Shown here: positions 31,001 through 39,105 of the stretch, one piece after another | How the letters are laid out: each line of letters opens with the position of its first letter | Numbering within the stretch: the first letter of the stretch is position 1 | From: a virus | Taxonomy: Duplodnaviria; Caudoviricetes | Strand: one strand, 5' to 3' | IMG/VR virus record: IMGVR_UViG_3300027749_005768 | Span: 1 to 53,223 of that record | Length of the DNA stretch: 53,223 bases | The notes under the pieces: model-generated | What the model was told of the DNA's origin: nothing | Seen by the model: only the letters and a program-made list of their open reading frames with translations | Database searches by the model: none | Translations under genes and position numbers: made by a program

Positions 31001-31392
31001 AATTTTCTAGCTTGTTTAATCTCCTTAAGTATAGATTCTTTTTTTTCAAAGATAATCTCCTCTACTTCTTCTGCTTCATTCTTAAATTCCTCTAAGACCT
31101 CTTTTGGTTTACTAGTAGTACCTATAAAGGTAGAATTAAATTCGTTAAATATAACTTCGAACCTACCGCGTTGTATTACAAACGGTGCTTCTAATTCCTT
31201 ACCTTCAATTACTATAGGAATATTTACAACAGGATTTCCTTTATATTCGGAAACCTTTTCTGCAATGTATTTATTTCCGTTTATCTCTAACTCAAAAACA
31301 TCAAAAAAGATCTCAGTGTAATCCTTAATAATTAAGATGTTCTGGTTAGAGCTAGTAAAGGTAGGTGTTACCTTTTCGCTAAACAGTCTCAT
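28060..31392 (-). CDS. long fibre-like protein: N-terminal coiled coil + C-terminal 15-aa GGxxNxASGxxSxV repeats
   Basis: ~600-aa heptad region, GGG linkers, about 20 beta-roll repeats; TAAATA box at 31404-31399. Confidence 0.75.
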   Translation of the reverse strand: MRLFSEKVTPTFTSSNQNILIIKDYTEIFFDVFELEINGNKYIAEKVSEYKGNPVVNIPIVIEGKELEAPFVIQRGRFEVIFNEFNSTFIGTTSKPKEVLEEFKNEAEEVEEIIFEKKESILKEIKQARKLAGEFAESVKQQNLREVKEAKYQEREVFFKSKEKFKKDLLDEFLQLTENTRDELFTYTEQESEKAYDFIVVSINSLSDKLTQDLESTIQDQNTQSVELFENRISELAKNILTNNLIKEIESRDTTNNKNLDVKFETVSKSLTKVLGDWEANVTGSVQVVVSKLDSTILSLEQTNVELNDSIIKNSNKALSRIGNVKTQLEESIASNISSLATKIDATDASVRVIEGIVNTVDVNVSKIHADVKDTLDVVNDSIVSTESKINDIQANVQHTLSNVNDSIVTVESKIDDLSVDTQSKIGLLEDNISIFQNSSTIVEKTINDFKGSTLTLQQNVDTLKLSVDNTVKKLTSNVENKIIINNTTLKESLDNTVRDLTSDLENKITIAEGKITSYYDDRITLIESSVTDITTRDKAHIIEIIEQSKKSILDEVSLIKNSVPSIVVEKTLETKGDVDVKTIKTDLEKSISNRFNLELANVRRIIELSSGGGSVAVQFANGGIMRGNLNVTGQILSAGVDLATIFSGGGGGSGDAAVNALVHSTSGNWNSAYTSTTALNLSSSLWNNTYTTVKTTSGNWNSAYNELSSRPYTLVDATSSIKPIRGNNTASGNNSNVAGGSINRANGHYSTVGGGLSNIAGGLCSNIGGGYCNTANGHYSNVAGGFCNAVNSSGVYSNVAGGRNNTVSAPYSTIAGGKCNTASSYWSNVGGGYCNTASGAYSNIGGGRSNSTNSDYGFIGGGCCNTASSCHAVIVGGIGNTTVSNYNDAFIGGGRGNTASGYYAPTIVGGINNTASGHYPSLVVGGIGNEASGSCSSIIGGSNNKASGESSFIGGGGGNKACNLYSTIIGGNSNTASGEYNSFVGIGFCNTASARYSTVINGTCNTASSCYSTIIGGRFNTASGSYSTASGYCNTASASYSTILNGNNNCICNTAACSSIIAGGNITALSANTAYAPTLALTNVPTSSVGLGSGFIWRSTITNQLFIVP
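28190..29215 (-). repeat. ~45-bp degenerate coding repeats of the fibre beta-roll
   Basis: Recurrent TAGCTGTATTAC and CCACCACC units on the + strand. Confidence 0.8.
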
Positions 31393-31432
31393 TAAACATA
31401 TTTAGTCAATATAGAGACAATGCAATATATTA

Positions 31433-31762
31433 TTAGATAGCTGTATGAGCATTTATACTGAAGTATTGCGTTCTGCAATATATAGTACCAGTAGAAGCAG
31501 CACTAGCTGAAACAACAGAAGAGTTTGTTAAACCTCTAAATGTAAATTGATCGTTTTGGGATAATAAAAATCCATTACCTGCAGCACTATTATTATTATC
31601 AAAGATAAGAACATTACCACCGGTCTTATTTACAATAATAAGCTCTGCGCAAGGATATGCAGAAAGCTGTACGAGTGGTGTACCAATTACTTGATTAAAG
31701 GAAAAGCAATTATTTGGATTATAGAAGGTTGTTCCGTTATTTGTAGTAGGCACCGCTGGCAT
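31433..31762 (-). CDS. small beta-rich putative virion protein
   Basis: 109 aa, TAAATA box 5 nt before ATG, upstream of fibre gene. Confidence 0.6.
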   Translation of the reverse strand: MPAVPTTNNGTTFYNPNNCFSFNQVIGTPLVQLSAYPCAELIIVNKTGGNVLIFDNNNSAAGNGFLLSQNDQFTFRGLTNSSVVSASAASTGTIYCRTQYFSINAHTAI

Positions 31763-31859
31763 ATTATTATTTAATCTATAAATAAAAAATCCTACCGTTT
31801 TAAGGGTAGAGGTACGTCCAATTAGGTTGTTATATTACTCGTAACGATTAAATAGTAAT

Positions 31860-32594
31860 ATGAGAATATACGGTATAAAAGATAAGCAACAAGAAAAAAT
31901 AGTTTATATAGGTAAGACAAAAAACGTTAACGATTTTAAACCGCACGGTAAACATATATTAAAATTATTTAACACGTATCCGGAGAGATATGAATATGTT
32001 ATTATTGAACAGATATATGAGGAAAATATCCTTGACGAGCGTGAAGTATATTACATAGAATTTTATAATACATTCATAAATAATAAGTATTTTAACTTTA
32101 CAAAGGGTGGTAGTGGTGGATTTACTTTAGGAAAATATTCTGCAGAAGAACGCAAAAAAATAAAGCAAAAAGAATTAAAAACAAAAATAGATAACCCCTT
32201 TATAATGAAAGATACAGCAAGACGAGCGAGAGCAACATTTTTAAAGAGACCGTTGGAAGAAATAGAAAAAATTAATAAGTGTAGAATCGAAAAATCTATA
32301 GCAGCTAGAAAAGCTAAACAACTACAAATGACCTCACATGAAAAAGAATGCCGTACTTTAATTCATTCAAATATAGTTAAAGAAATTCATAGACATCGTA
32401 GTAAAGAACAAAAAGATCAAATTAATGCAAAAATAAGTAACACACTAACTGGTGATAGAATAAAGCTTAAAAATAATATAACAGGTGAAGAGAAAGAATT
32501 ACCTTTCTCACAATGGAAAAAACTTTTTAGAGTTGATGTATATCATCTCAAAAAAGGTCTACAAAAAACCTCTCATGGATGGTCACTTCCATGA
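31860..32594 (+). CDS. free-standing GIY-YIG homing endonuclease (Seg-like)
   Basis: RIYGI...VYIGKT, E.YYI..YNT, FN.TKGG.GG, basic C-terminus. Confidence 0.85.
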   Translation: MRIYGIKDKQQEKIVYIGKTKNVNDFKPHGKHILKLFNTYPERYEYVIIEQIYEENILDEREVYYIEFYNTFINNKYFNFTKGGSGGFTLGKYSAEERKKIKQKELKTKIDNPFIMKDTARRARATFLKRPLEEIEKINKCRIEKSIAARKAKQLQMTSHEKECRTLIHSNIVKEIHRHRSKEQKDQINAKISNTLTGDRIKLKNNITGEEKELPFSQWKKLFRVDVYHLKKGLQKTSHGWSLP

Positions 32595-32600
32595 GAGGTT
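32563..32600 (-). terminator. terminator of the queF operon, overlapping the GIY-YIG 3' end
   Basis: 13-bp perfect stem AACCTCTCATGGA / TCCATGAGAGGTT, T-run on minus strand. Confidence 0.75.
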
Positions 32601-32620
32601 AATATTTATTAAATAATATA

Positions 32621-33565
32621 TTATTGCTTTGGCGTTTTGACATGTAATACCGTCTCATCACTTAACGTATAATGAAGCAATTTACTATCAGAAACACGTT
32701 CTGGATTAATATCCCAACCACCACGTCGTGCATAAAGACACTTTACAGATAATTCATCTGGTTGTAATGTATCTAATAAACGCTTATAGATAGCTTCACA
32801 AATTTCTTCATGAAAGTGACATTCGTCTCTGAAAGATACAATATACTTTAGTAGTGAAATAGGGTCTACAGTTTTATTACCTTTTATTGTAATATATACA
32901 TCACCTGTATCTGGTTGAGCTGTTACTCTGCAACGGGATCTTAATAATGCGCTATGATACTTTTCTTCTCCAATAACAGAATCAATAACACTAAGTAACT
33001 CAGGAGTTTCAGTATATGTATCAAAAGTTTCATTTTCAATAGGGTATTCATCTTCTAGTGTAATATAAGTACTTTTTATATTACGTTGATGACTCCACTC
33101 TTCACGCGCTAGTGTATTATCAATAAGAGCAATATAATTTGAAATAATTTTAACTGTTACCTCAGTTTCTAGCAATTCTGATAGATCTTTAATCGCACGG
33201 TTCTTGATTTCCTCAAGTACTTCTTGAGCTGTATTACCAAGTCTTGTCATACTAAACGAGTTAAAATAAAGCTTAGTAGATTTAGATTCAACAATATATT
33301 TATTACTGCATGGATAAACAAACTTACAAATACCTACAACAGGTAATCCATTATTTGTAAGACCTGTAACTTCATACCCGTTCCAGGTATCATAGCCTAC
33401 AAACGGAAGATCTTCATCTTCAAGACCAAGATGCGTTCTATTTGATTGTCGTGGTTCACGAACTAATAGTGATGGGTCGTATATTGCAGCGTACTCTGAT
33501 GATTGACCGAGATGCTTACTAATACGAGAATTATCTAATTCTACTGCTTTCTTCTTTGTTGCCAT
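32621..33565 (-). CDS. queF: NADPH-dependent preQ0 reductase, bimodular (type II)
   Basis: YDPSLL, GYDTW..YE, IVESKS.KLYFNSF QueF motif, LLRSRC.VT.QPD, FHEEICE, YARRGG.DINP. Confidence 0.93.
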   Translation of the reverse strand: MATKKKAVELDNSRISKHLGQSSEYAAIYDPSLLVREPRQSNRTHLGLEDEDLPFVGYDTWNGYEVTGLTNNGLPVVGICKFVYPCSNKYIVESKSTKLYFNSFSMTRLGNTAQEVLEEIKNRAIKDLSELLETEVTVKIISNYIALIDNTLAREEWSHQRNIKSTYITLEDEYPIENETFDTYTETPELLSVIDSVIGEEKYHSALLRSRCRVTAQPDTGDVYITIKGNKTVDPISLLKYIVSFRDECHFHEEICEAIYKRLLDTLQPDELSVKCLYARRGGWDINPERVSDSKLLHYTLSDETVLHVKTPKQ

Positions 33566-33581
33566 AATATATTTTAATTTA

Positions 33582-34142
33582 TTAAATGTTAATATCAAGA
33601 CCTTTTTCTTTAAGAGTCTCTTTAATTATTTGTAATCTTTCTTCTACTGTACCTTTTAGAATTACCAAATTATCTTGCGGATATCTAAAATGTTTATCAA
33701 ATAAATCGATAATATCTTCTCTAAATTTAGTATTAACACTTCTCTCACCATCATCTTCTAGTACAACATCTTCAGGTGAAGTGTAAAAAATAACATCATA
33801 CTTATGAACAGTATTTTCATATACTATTCTTGCAAAACTATAAGCACTCATATCAAGACCCTGATCACACAGCCAATGCGTATATACTAAACCATCTACT
33901 GAGCAACGATCTAAAATAACGTTAGTATCTTTATACTCAACAGCATAAGCATTTTTAACATGCTCTGCCATAATCATCATCTGAGTCATAACATTACCTG
34001 CTTCATTAATAGGTAAATCATATAATCTCTTTACAAGTCTTGTAACTTCAGGTACAAATTTAATATTAGAATTACGTTCTGCAAGATACTTTAGTAATGT
34101 AGTTTTTCCACTCGACTGTGGTCCCGAAAAAGAAATTAGCAT
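33582..34142 (-). CDS. P-loop nucleotide kinase-like protein (AAA_28)
   Basis: GPQSSGKTT, ILDRCSVD.LVY, EDDGER. Confidence 0.78.
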   Translation of the reverse strand: MLISFSGPQSSGKTTLLKYLAERNSNIKFVPEVTRLVKRLYDLPINEAGNVMTQMMIMAEHVKNAYAVEYKDTNVILDRCSVDGLVYTHWLCDQGLDMSAYSFARIVYENTVHKYDVIFYTSPEDVVLEDDGERSVNTKFREDIIDLFDKHFRYPQDNLVILKGTVEERLQIIKETLKEKGLDINI

Positions 34143-34696
34143 ACAATATTATAACGTTTATTAGTAAAGAAATCAACCCATGAATTGAGAGAAGTTTGCT
34201 TTAAAATATTGTAGGTATTATCTAGTGTATCGCAATGCACGTTAGATATTTTATCATAACAGATAATACTACCACAGTCAATATCTTTTGTAACTTCATG
34301 AATAACACTACCAACATACAAGTAATCTCCTATTCTATCATAAGCTCGTTGTTGTGGATCTTTACCTTTTAATTGTGGATAATAATTAATTAGTCCAGGA
34401 TGACCATTATAAATTTTAAACTCCTCACAAATCTCTGGAGGAATAATATTAAGCCAACCATGTAAAGTAATAATATCAAAATCTTTAAACACAGATCTAT
34501 AAAACTCAAGCTTTATATCTCTAAATCGACCTTTAATACTATTAACAACAATAGACTTACAACAGTTATTAATTTCAGGATCCCACTTATTGTGATCTAA
34601 ATTATCTGTAATAACTCGATCAGGTGAATAACCAAGACTTTTAGAAAGATTAACAATCTCACTTCCAGTCATAGAGTAGAGCGCTAGCCATTTCAT
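34136..34696 (-). CDS. formyltransferase (PurN-like), probable dPreQ1 formyltransferase DpdN
   Basis: TGSEI, LHGWL.IIP, NGHPG...P.LKG, GSVIHEV...D.G; flanked by queF and a TGT-like gene. Confidence 0.8.
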   Translation of the reverse strand: MKWLALYSMTGSEIVNLSKSLGYSPDRVITDNLDHNKWDPEINNCCKSIVVNSIKGRFRDIKLEFYRSVFKDFDIITLHGWLNIIPPEICEEFKIYNGHPGLINYYPQLKGKDPQQRAYDRIGDYLYVGSVIHEVTKDIDCGSIICYDKISNVHCDTLDNTYNILKQTSLNSWVDFFTNKRYNIVC

Positions 34697-35496
34697 GGAT
34701 TACTAATATTACGAAATTCTTCTACGTTAAAAATAATATCATTCATCTGATCTGGAGTCAGTTCAGCATCAATAAGATCTGCTAGAAGAACCTTAGGTTT
34801 GTGATAAAGTCCAATACCTTTAAGGTAACGAGAACCTGTAATACCAGCTACAACAGGATTAGAAGTATCTACACTACGTATACTCTTATTATAAGCGTAA
34901 TAGCCAAACTCTTTTGCAAGCGAACAACCTAACAAATGATGAGGTTTTGTATACTCCCAAATACCGTCAGCCATTAGCATATTAATAAGCTTCTGACGAC
35001 CATCACACATTCGCTCTAGTTTTGCTTGTTCAGGATTATCACTTGTAGCTCTGCCAATGATCTGATAATATGAATAATCAAAAGAGATTGCAATATAATC
35101 AGCATATGCAACCATAAACTCATAACACGCAATAAGTTCATCATATGTCTTACCTTGAACAACACCAACTTTAAGTCCAGGTAGATCCTGATATTCGTTT
35201 GTAAAATGGTAGAACGATGTTCGTGTCTCTTTATAATCTTCTAAGACATCAGGTACAATATAGTAAGTAGGTTTAAGCTCTTCAATATATTCTGCATACT
35301 TATCACTATTAAAAGCTTCACCAAGCTCAAAGATTGAGTTATCAAGCATTACCTCACGACCGAGATTTAAAGATGTCTTAAAGAAATTATAATACTTTGG
35401 ATGTGTATCGAAGAGATGCACGAGAGCGTAATCGAAGTCATTATAGTGCCTAGAATGATCTAGAATAGAAATAGGAGTTTCGTGCGTTACTAACAT
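34693..35496 (-). CDS. dpdA: TGT-like TIM-barrel guanine transglycosylase, probably DpdA3-type
   Basis: MLDNS.FELG, PDV, VGVVQG, HHLLG, SVDTS motifs of the TGT fold; operon with queF. Confidence 0.7.
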   Translation of the reverse strand: MLVTHETPISILDHSRHYNDFDYALVHLFDTHPKYYNFFKTSLNLGREVMLDNSIFELGEAFNSDKYAEYIEELKPTYYIVPDVLEDYKETRTSFYHFTNEYQDLPGLKVGVVQGKTYDELIACYEFMVAYADYIAISFDYSYYQIIGRATSDNPEQAKLERMCDGRQKLINMLMADGIWEYTKPHHLLGCSLAKEFGYYAYNKSIRSVDTSNPVVAGITGSRYLKGIGLYHKPKVLLADLIDAELTPDQMNDIIFNVEEFRNISNP

Positions 35497-35502
35497 ATTA
35501 CT

Positions 35503-35531
35503 ATTATAAGGTAGTTCCTTATTGAATTCAA
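35503..35531 (-). promoter_or_regulatory. sigma70-like promoter for the dpdA-formyltransferase-kinase-queF operon
   Basis: TTGAAT-N17-TATAAT, ATG 6 nt downstream. Confidence 0.7.
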
Positions 35532-35546
35532 GTATTAAATAGTTAT

Positions 35547-36476
35547 ATGGCAGTTGTTGGTAAAACCGATCCTACAATAGGACAAAAAGTAAACGCGAGT
35601 ATAAAAGCAGCGACAACAAATATTGTTAACGGGCTATTAAAGGCTCTTACAGATGCAGTAAATAATGCTATAAATTCATTTTTAGGACCTATAACTAATA
35701 TTATAAGTCTTATTAGTGGTATAACAGCTCTTGTAAATGGTATAATACTAAGTGTTAAAAAAACCACAACAAGTATACAATCTTCATTTGCGAAAACAAG
35801 CGATCTCAAAATAACGAAGGATATGCTTATTTCGACAGCCCAAAAAGTATCACTTTTAACAGGTGGTACACTCTTAGCTAAACGACTTGCAGGTAGTGCT
35901 TGGAAGTCAATGCCTATTGGTAGTCAAATAGGCGCTATAACTTCTGCCGCAAATGGTATAATGTGTATACCATCTATACTTAACGGATTACCAGGAGTAT
36001 TAGGTAACGTAGCAAGTTCCGCTCTTTCAGCTCTTTCAAACGCTGCAACTGGTGTGTTAGGAGCTGTTATAGGTTCTGCAGGTGCAGCAATTGAAAATGC
36101 AATATGTAAATTACTCAATAAACCTTTTGTAGCTTTATTAAAGCTTTTTGCTGACCTTCTTGCTATTATTGCTGTTGTAAAGGCTATTGTAAAATTAGTT
36201 GAAGATCTTTTAAGCTTTCACTTTAATCAAGAAAATTGTCGTTTTGCCGCTGCTGAAATAGGTAAATGTTTATTAGCAAACGCATTAAGTAATATTAGTA
36301 AAAGAATGCTTAAGGATGCAAAATTAAAATATGGTGACGGGGCTTGTGCTAAGTTAGCAAAAGATGCTCAAGCTGCTTTAAATAACCCTGGTAATATTAT
36401 TAATAAGTATATGACAAAACAAAAATTAGAGACAACTAAGGCATACTCGCAGGTAGGTGCTACTAGAATTATATGA
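35547..36476 (+). CDS. Ala/Gly-rich helical hypothetical protein, probably baseplate-associated
   Basis: TAAATA box 5 nt before ATG; coupled to gp5-like gene. Confidence 0.55.
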   Translation: MAVVGKTDPTIGQKVNASIKAATTNIVNGLLKALTDAVNNAINSFLGPITNIISLISGITALVNGIILSVKKTTTSIQSSFAKTSDLKITKDMLISTAQKVSLLTGGTLLAKRLAGSAWKSMPIGSQIGAITSAANGIMCIPSILNGLPGVLGNVASSALSALSNAATGVLGAVIGSAGAAIENAICKLLNKPFVALLKLFADLLAIIAVVKAIVKLVEDLLSFHFNQENCRFAAAEIGKCLLANALSNISKRMLKDAKLKYGDGACAKLAKDAQAALNNPGNIINKYMTKQKLETTKAYSQVGATRII

Positions 36477-37453
36477 TAACATCATTACACATTGGAACGG
36501 TAGTTAAAAACTCTGATTACGGTAATACTGTATCAAAGGGTAGCGAATATCTAGGCCGTGTTAAGGTTGCTATACCAGGTATGACACGTATGAATGGTGT
36601 TGAGTATTTTAAAGCTCCTGGTGCAGGTGGCGATTTAAATGCAACTGCAATTAGAGATGTTCATGATTTTGAGGTTTGGGCATATGTTGTATCTCCGATG
36701 GCTGGTGAAAGTTCTATGTCAAAATATAATAATGCTCGTGATGCTTCTTCATTAGCGGATGGAAATGATATAGGTAACTTTAACAATCCAAACGGATATA
36801 CTACACCGCCCGCGGCAATGTTTTCTTCGATGAAGTTAGATGGGCATTCTGGAGGACCTGGGGTAACAATGTCTGCTGGTGTTAATCCGTATGGTAACTG
36901 TTATGTTACAGAAAACCATTCAGATTCTGGTAAAGGTATGTTTGGTGTACCTTCAGTAGGTGCAAAAGTATTAATAGGATTCTTAAATGGTTCTCGTAGT
37001 ACACCTGTTATTTTAGGCAAAATACACGCTGGTTCAGAGATGGAACAAATATACGGTGTAGGTACTGCATACCCAGATTACCCTAATGCATTCGAAAATA
37101 CTCATTCGAATAATATATCACCACCTACTTCTGCTCTAATTACTACAGCACCTAATAACAATACAACTACAGCTACAACTAGTTGTGGACCTATAACAAC
37201 TGCGAATGCTGTTAGTTTAGCAAATAAGTATAATTCCTTACAATCAAAAATAAATAAAAATTTAAGTACAATGCAAACACCCGGCGCATCGGCAGATAAA
37301 GTTCTAACTCTTTCTACAGAAATTGATAATTTACGAGCCCAAGCAACGCCGATTTATGATTGCTTAATATCTATGCAGGGACAAATTGATGCTTCATCTT
37401 CCAGCACACGTATAGATGTATTAAAATTAATACAAAATAATAACGCTGGTTAA
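36473..37453 (+). CDS. baseplate hub gp5-like N-terminal OB-fold protein
   Basis: G.VV...D...GRVKVAIPG, WA....P, G.FGVP.VG..V.IGF..G....PV.LG. Confidence 0.75.
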   Translation: MITSLHIGTVVKNSDYGNTVSKGSEYLGRVKVAIPGMTRMNGVEYFKAPGAGGDLNATAIRDVHDFEVWAYVVSPMAGESSMSKYNNARDASSLADGNDIGNFNNPNGYTTPPAAMFSSMKLDGHSGGPGVTMSAGVNPYGNCYVTENHSDSGKGMFGVPSVGAKVLIGFLNGSRSTPVILGKIHAGSEMEQIYGVGTAYPDYPNAFENTHSNNISPPTSALITTAPNNNTTTATTSCGPITTANAVSLANKYNSLQSKINKNLSTMQTPGASADKVLTLSTEIDNLRAQATPIYDCLISMQGQIDASSSSTRIDVLKLIQNNNAG

Positions 37454-37467
37454 ATTAAAATATATAT

Positions 37468-38853
37468 ATGGCTACAGATAATACTATTAATAATGCAAAC
37501 GAGATAAACAACTTTAGACAAAGTACAGTTTGGAATCATACCGCTGGTACACTTAAGTTTAACAACTCTACAGGTAGAGAGTATGTTCATATAGCACACA
37601 AATCAGGAAGCAATTTAACTTTTGGTAATCAAGCAACATCAGAATTTAATCCTAATAATAGACAAACATTAACAAACGGAGATACCTTTCAAACAACAAA
37701 AGGTAATCACCATATAATGGCTGAGCAGCTAGAGCAAAGAGTGTTTGGAGATGTTACAATTTTAACTGGTAATCCAAATATGTATAGTTCTTCTTTTATG
37801 AATAGCTATATGCAGGAACAAGCAACATTAGCAGCTCATAAAGCTAGCCCTGAATTAAAGCAACCTGGATTTAGTAATGTTACAGGTAGCGTACATAAAG
37901 CAGCTGGAGGTCAGCCAGACCCTTTAACAGGATCTACACAGGGTAAGAGTTTTACAAAAAATGAATCGCATCAAAACATGACGCAGATTTATAAGGATAC
38001 ACAAAAGAAGCTAACACCTTTTGAAAAAGAAATGGGTAATGGCGGTAGTATTAAACTACTTTCCGGAAAGGATTTATTATTAATGGCAGGTACTGCACCA
38101 TCTAATTTCGATACTGTTTTTATTAATCCTGTAGGGAGAAAAGTAAAGCAAAAGTTTGAATATGATAATAATAAAACAGTTACATTAAAAGAAACATCTG
38201 CACCTTACTTTGAAGAAAAGGATGTGGCAACAGGTGTACCTTTTGGCAATATACACATTCAAGCTGGTAATAAGCTAGATCTTAATTCAGCTGCTGGTGG
38301 TATAAACTTAGGTACAAGTGGTCCTATTAGATTATCTACAAAAGCAATAACATATATAGGTGGAGCTCAGGTGAATATAGCTGGTAGTGCTGGTGAAGGA
38401 GCAACAGGAGATGTTTTTATTACATCAGGTGATCATATCGAAATAAATGGACCTAATATTAATATTAAAGGCAAGACACACGTTTTTATTGAGCCTGGAT
38501 TAAGCGTAGAGGGCAATCAAATTATTAAGGGTGACTTAGTAGTAAGTGGTAATTTAACTGTTATTGGTAATATTGTATGTAAAGGTGCAATTGGCGCAGT
38601 TGGAAATATTGGCTCGGAAGCATCAATACAGAGCACACAAGATATTCAGTGTGGAGGATCTCTTAGTGTTGTTGGCAGCATTCATTGTAGCGGTAGTGCA
38701 GATGTTGCTGGTAGTATAGGCGTTGGCGGAGGTATTACTGCAGGTGGAGATATTGTAGCTGATAATGCAGGTACAAAAGTTTCACTATTAAATCACATTC
38801 ACTTAACTGCCGGTATTGGAGTGCCGTCACCACCATTTCCAGGTGTGTTATAA
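37468..38853 (+). CDS. baseplate spike beta-helix protein (gp5 C-terminal / gpV-like)
   Basis: E.VHIAHKSGS, 6-residue VxGxxx repeats, terminal SLLNHIH. Confidence 0.72.
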   Translation: MATDNTINNANEINNFRQSTVWNHTAGTLKFNNSTGREYVHIAHKSGSNLTFGNQATSEFNPNNRQTLTNGDTFQTTKGNHHIMAEQLEQRVFGDVTILTGNPNMYSSSFMNSYMQEQATLAAHKASPELKQPGFSNVTGSVHKAAGGQPDPLTGSTQGKSFTKNESHQNMTQIYKDTQKKLTPFEKEMGNGGSIKLLSGKDLLLMAGTAPSNFDTVFINPVGRKVKQKFEYDNNKTVTLKETSAPYFEEKDVATGVPFGNIHIQAGNKLDLNSAAGGINLGTSGPIRLSTKAITYIGGAQVNIAGSAGEGATGDVFITSGDHIEINGPNINIKGKTHVFIEPGLSVEGNQIIKGDLVVSGNLTVIGNIVCKGAIGAVGNIGSEASIQSTQDIQCGGSLSVVGSIHCSGSADVAGSIGVGGGITAGGDIVADNAGTKVSLLNHIHLTAGIGVPSPPFPGVL

Positions 38854-39105
38854 TTACTTTTTATACTTTATAATATAAATCATCATTACTGTGCAGCATA
38901 ATGTACCGAGGATACTATTAATAGCCATACCTATATTAAAGCCGATACCGTGTAGCATATATAACCCACAAAAAATATAACCTAGTAGAGAAAGAAAGAA
39001 CATAGAGAGGCTTAACCCCTCTACGCTCTTATATCTTATAGTTTTATAAATTTGTGGTATATAGCAGACAAAAAAGCATACTGCGTATAAGACACCAAAA
39101 ATCAT
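38854..39105 (-). CDS. PQ-loop / SemiSWEET-family membrane protein
   Basis: YIPQIYKTIR.KS..GLS, three hydrophobic helices, 83 aa. Confidence 0.75.
   Translation of the reverse strand: MIFGVLYAVCFFVCYIPQIYKTIRYKSVEGLSLSMFFLSLLGYIFCGLYMLHGIGFNIGMAINSILGTLCCTVMMIYIIKYKK

Noticed and set aside
34136-34696. Calling the formyltransferase a purine-biosynthesis PurN auxiliary gene
   Set aside because: No other pur genes; context between TGT-like gene and queF favours preQ1 formylation
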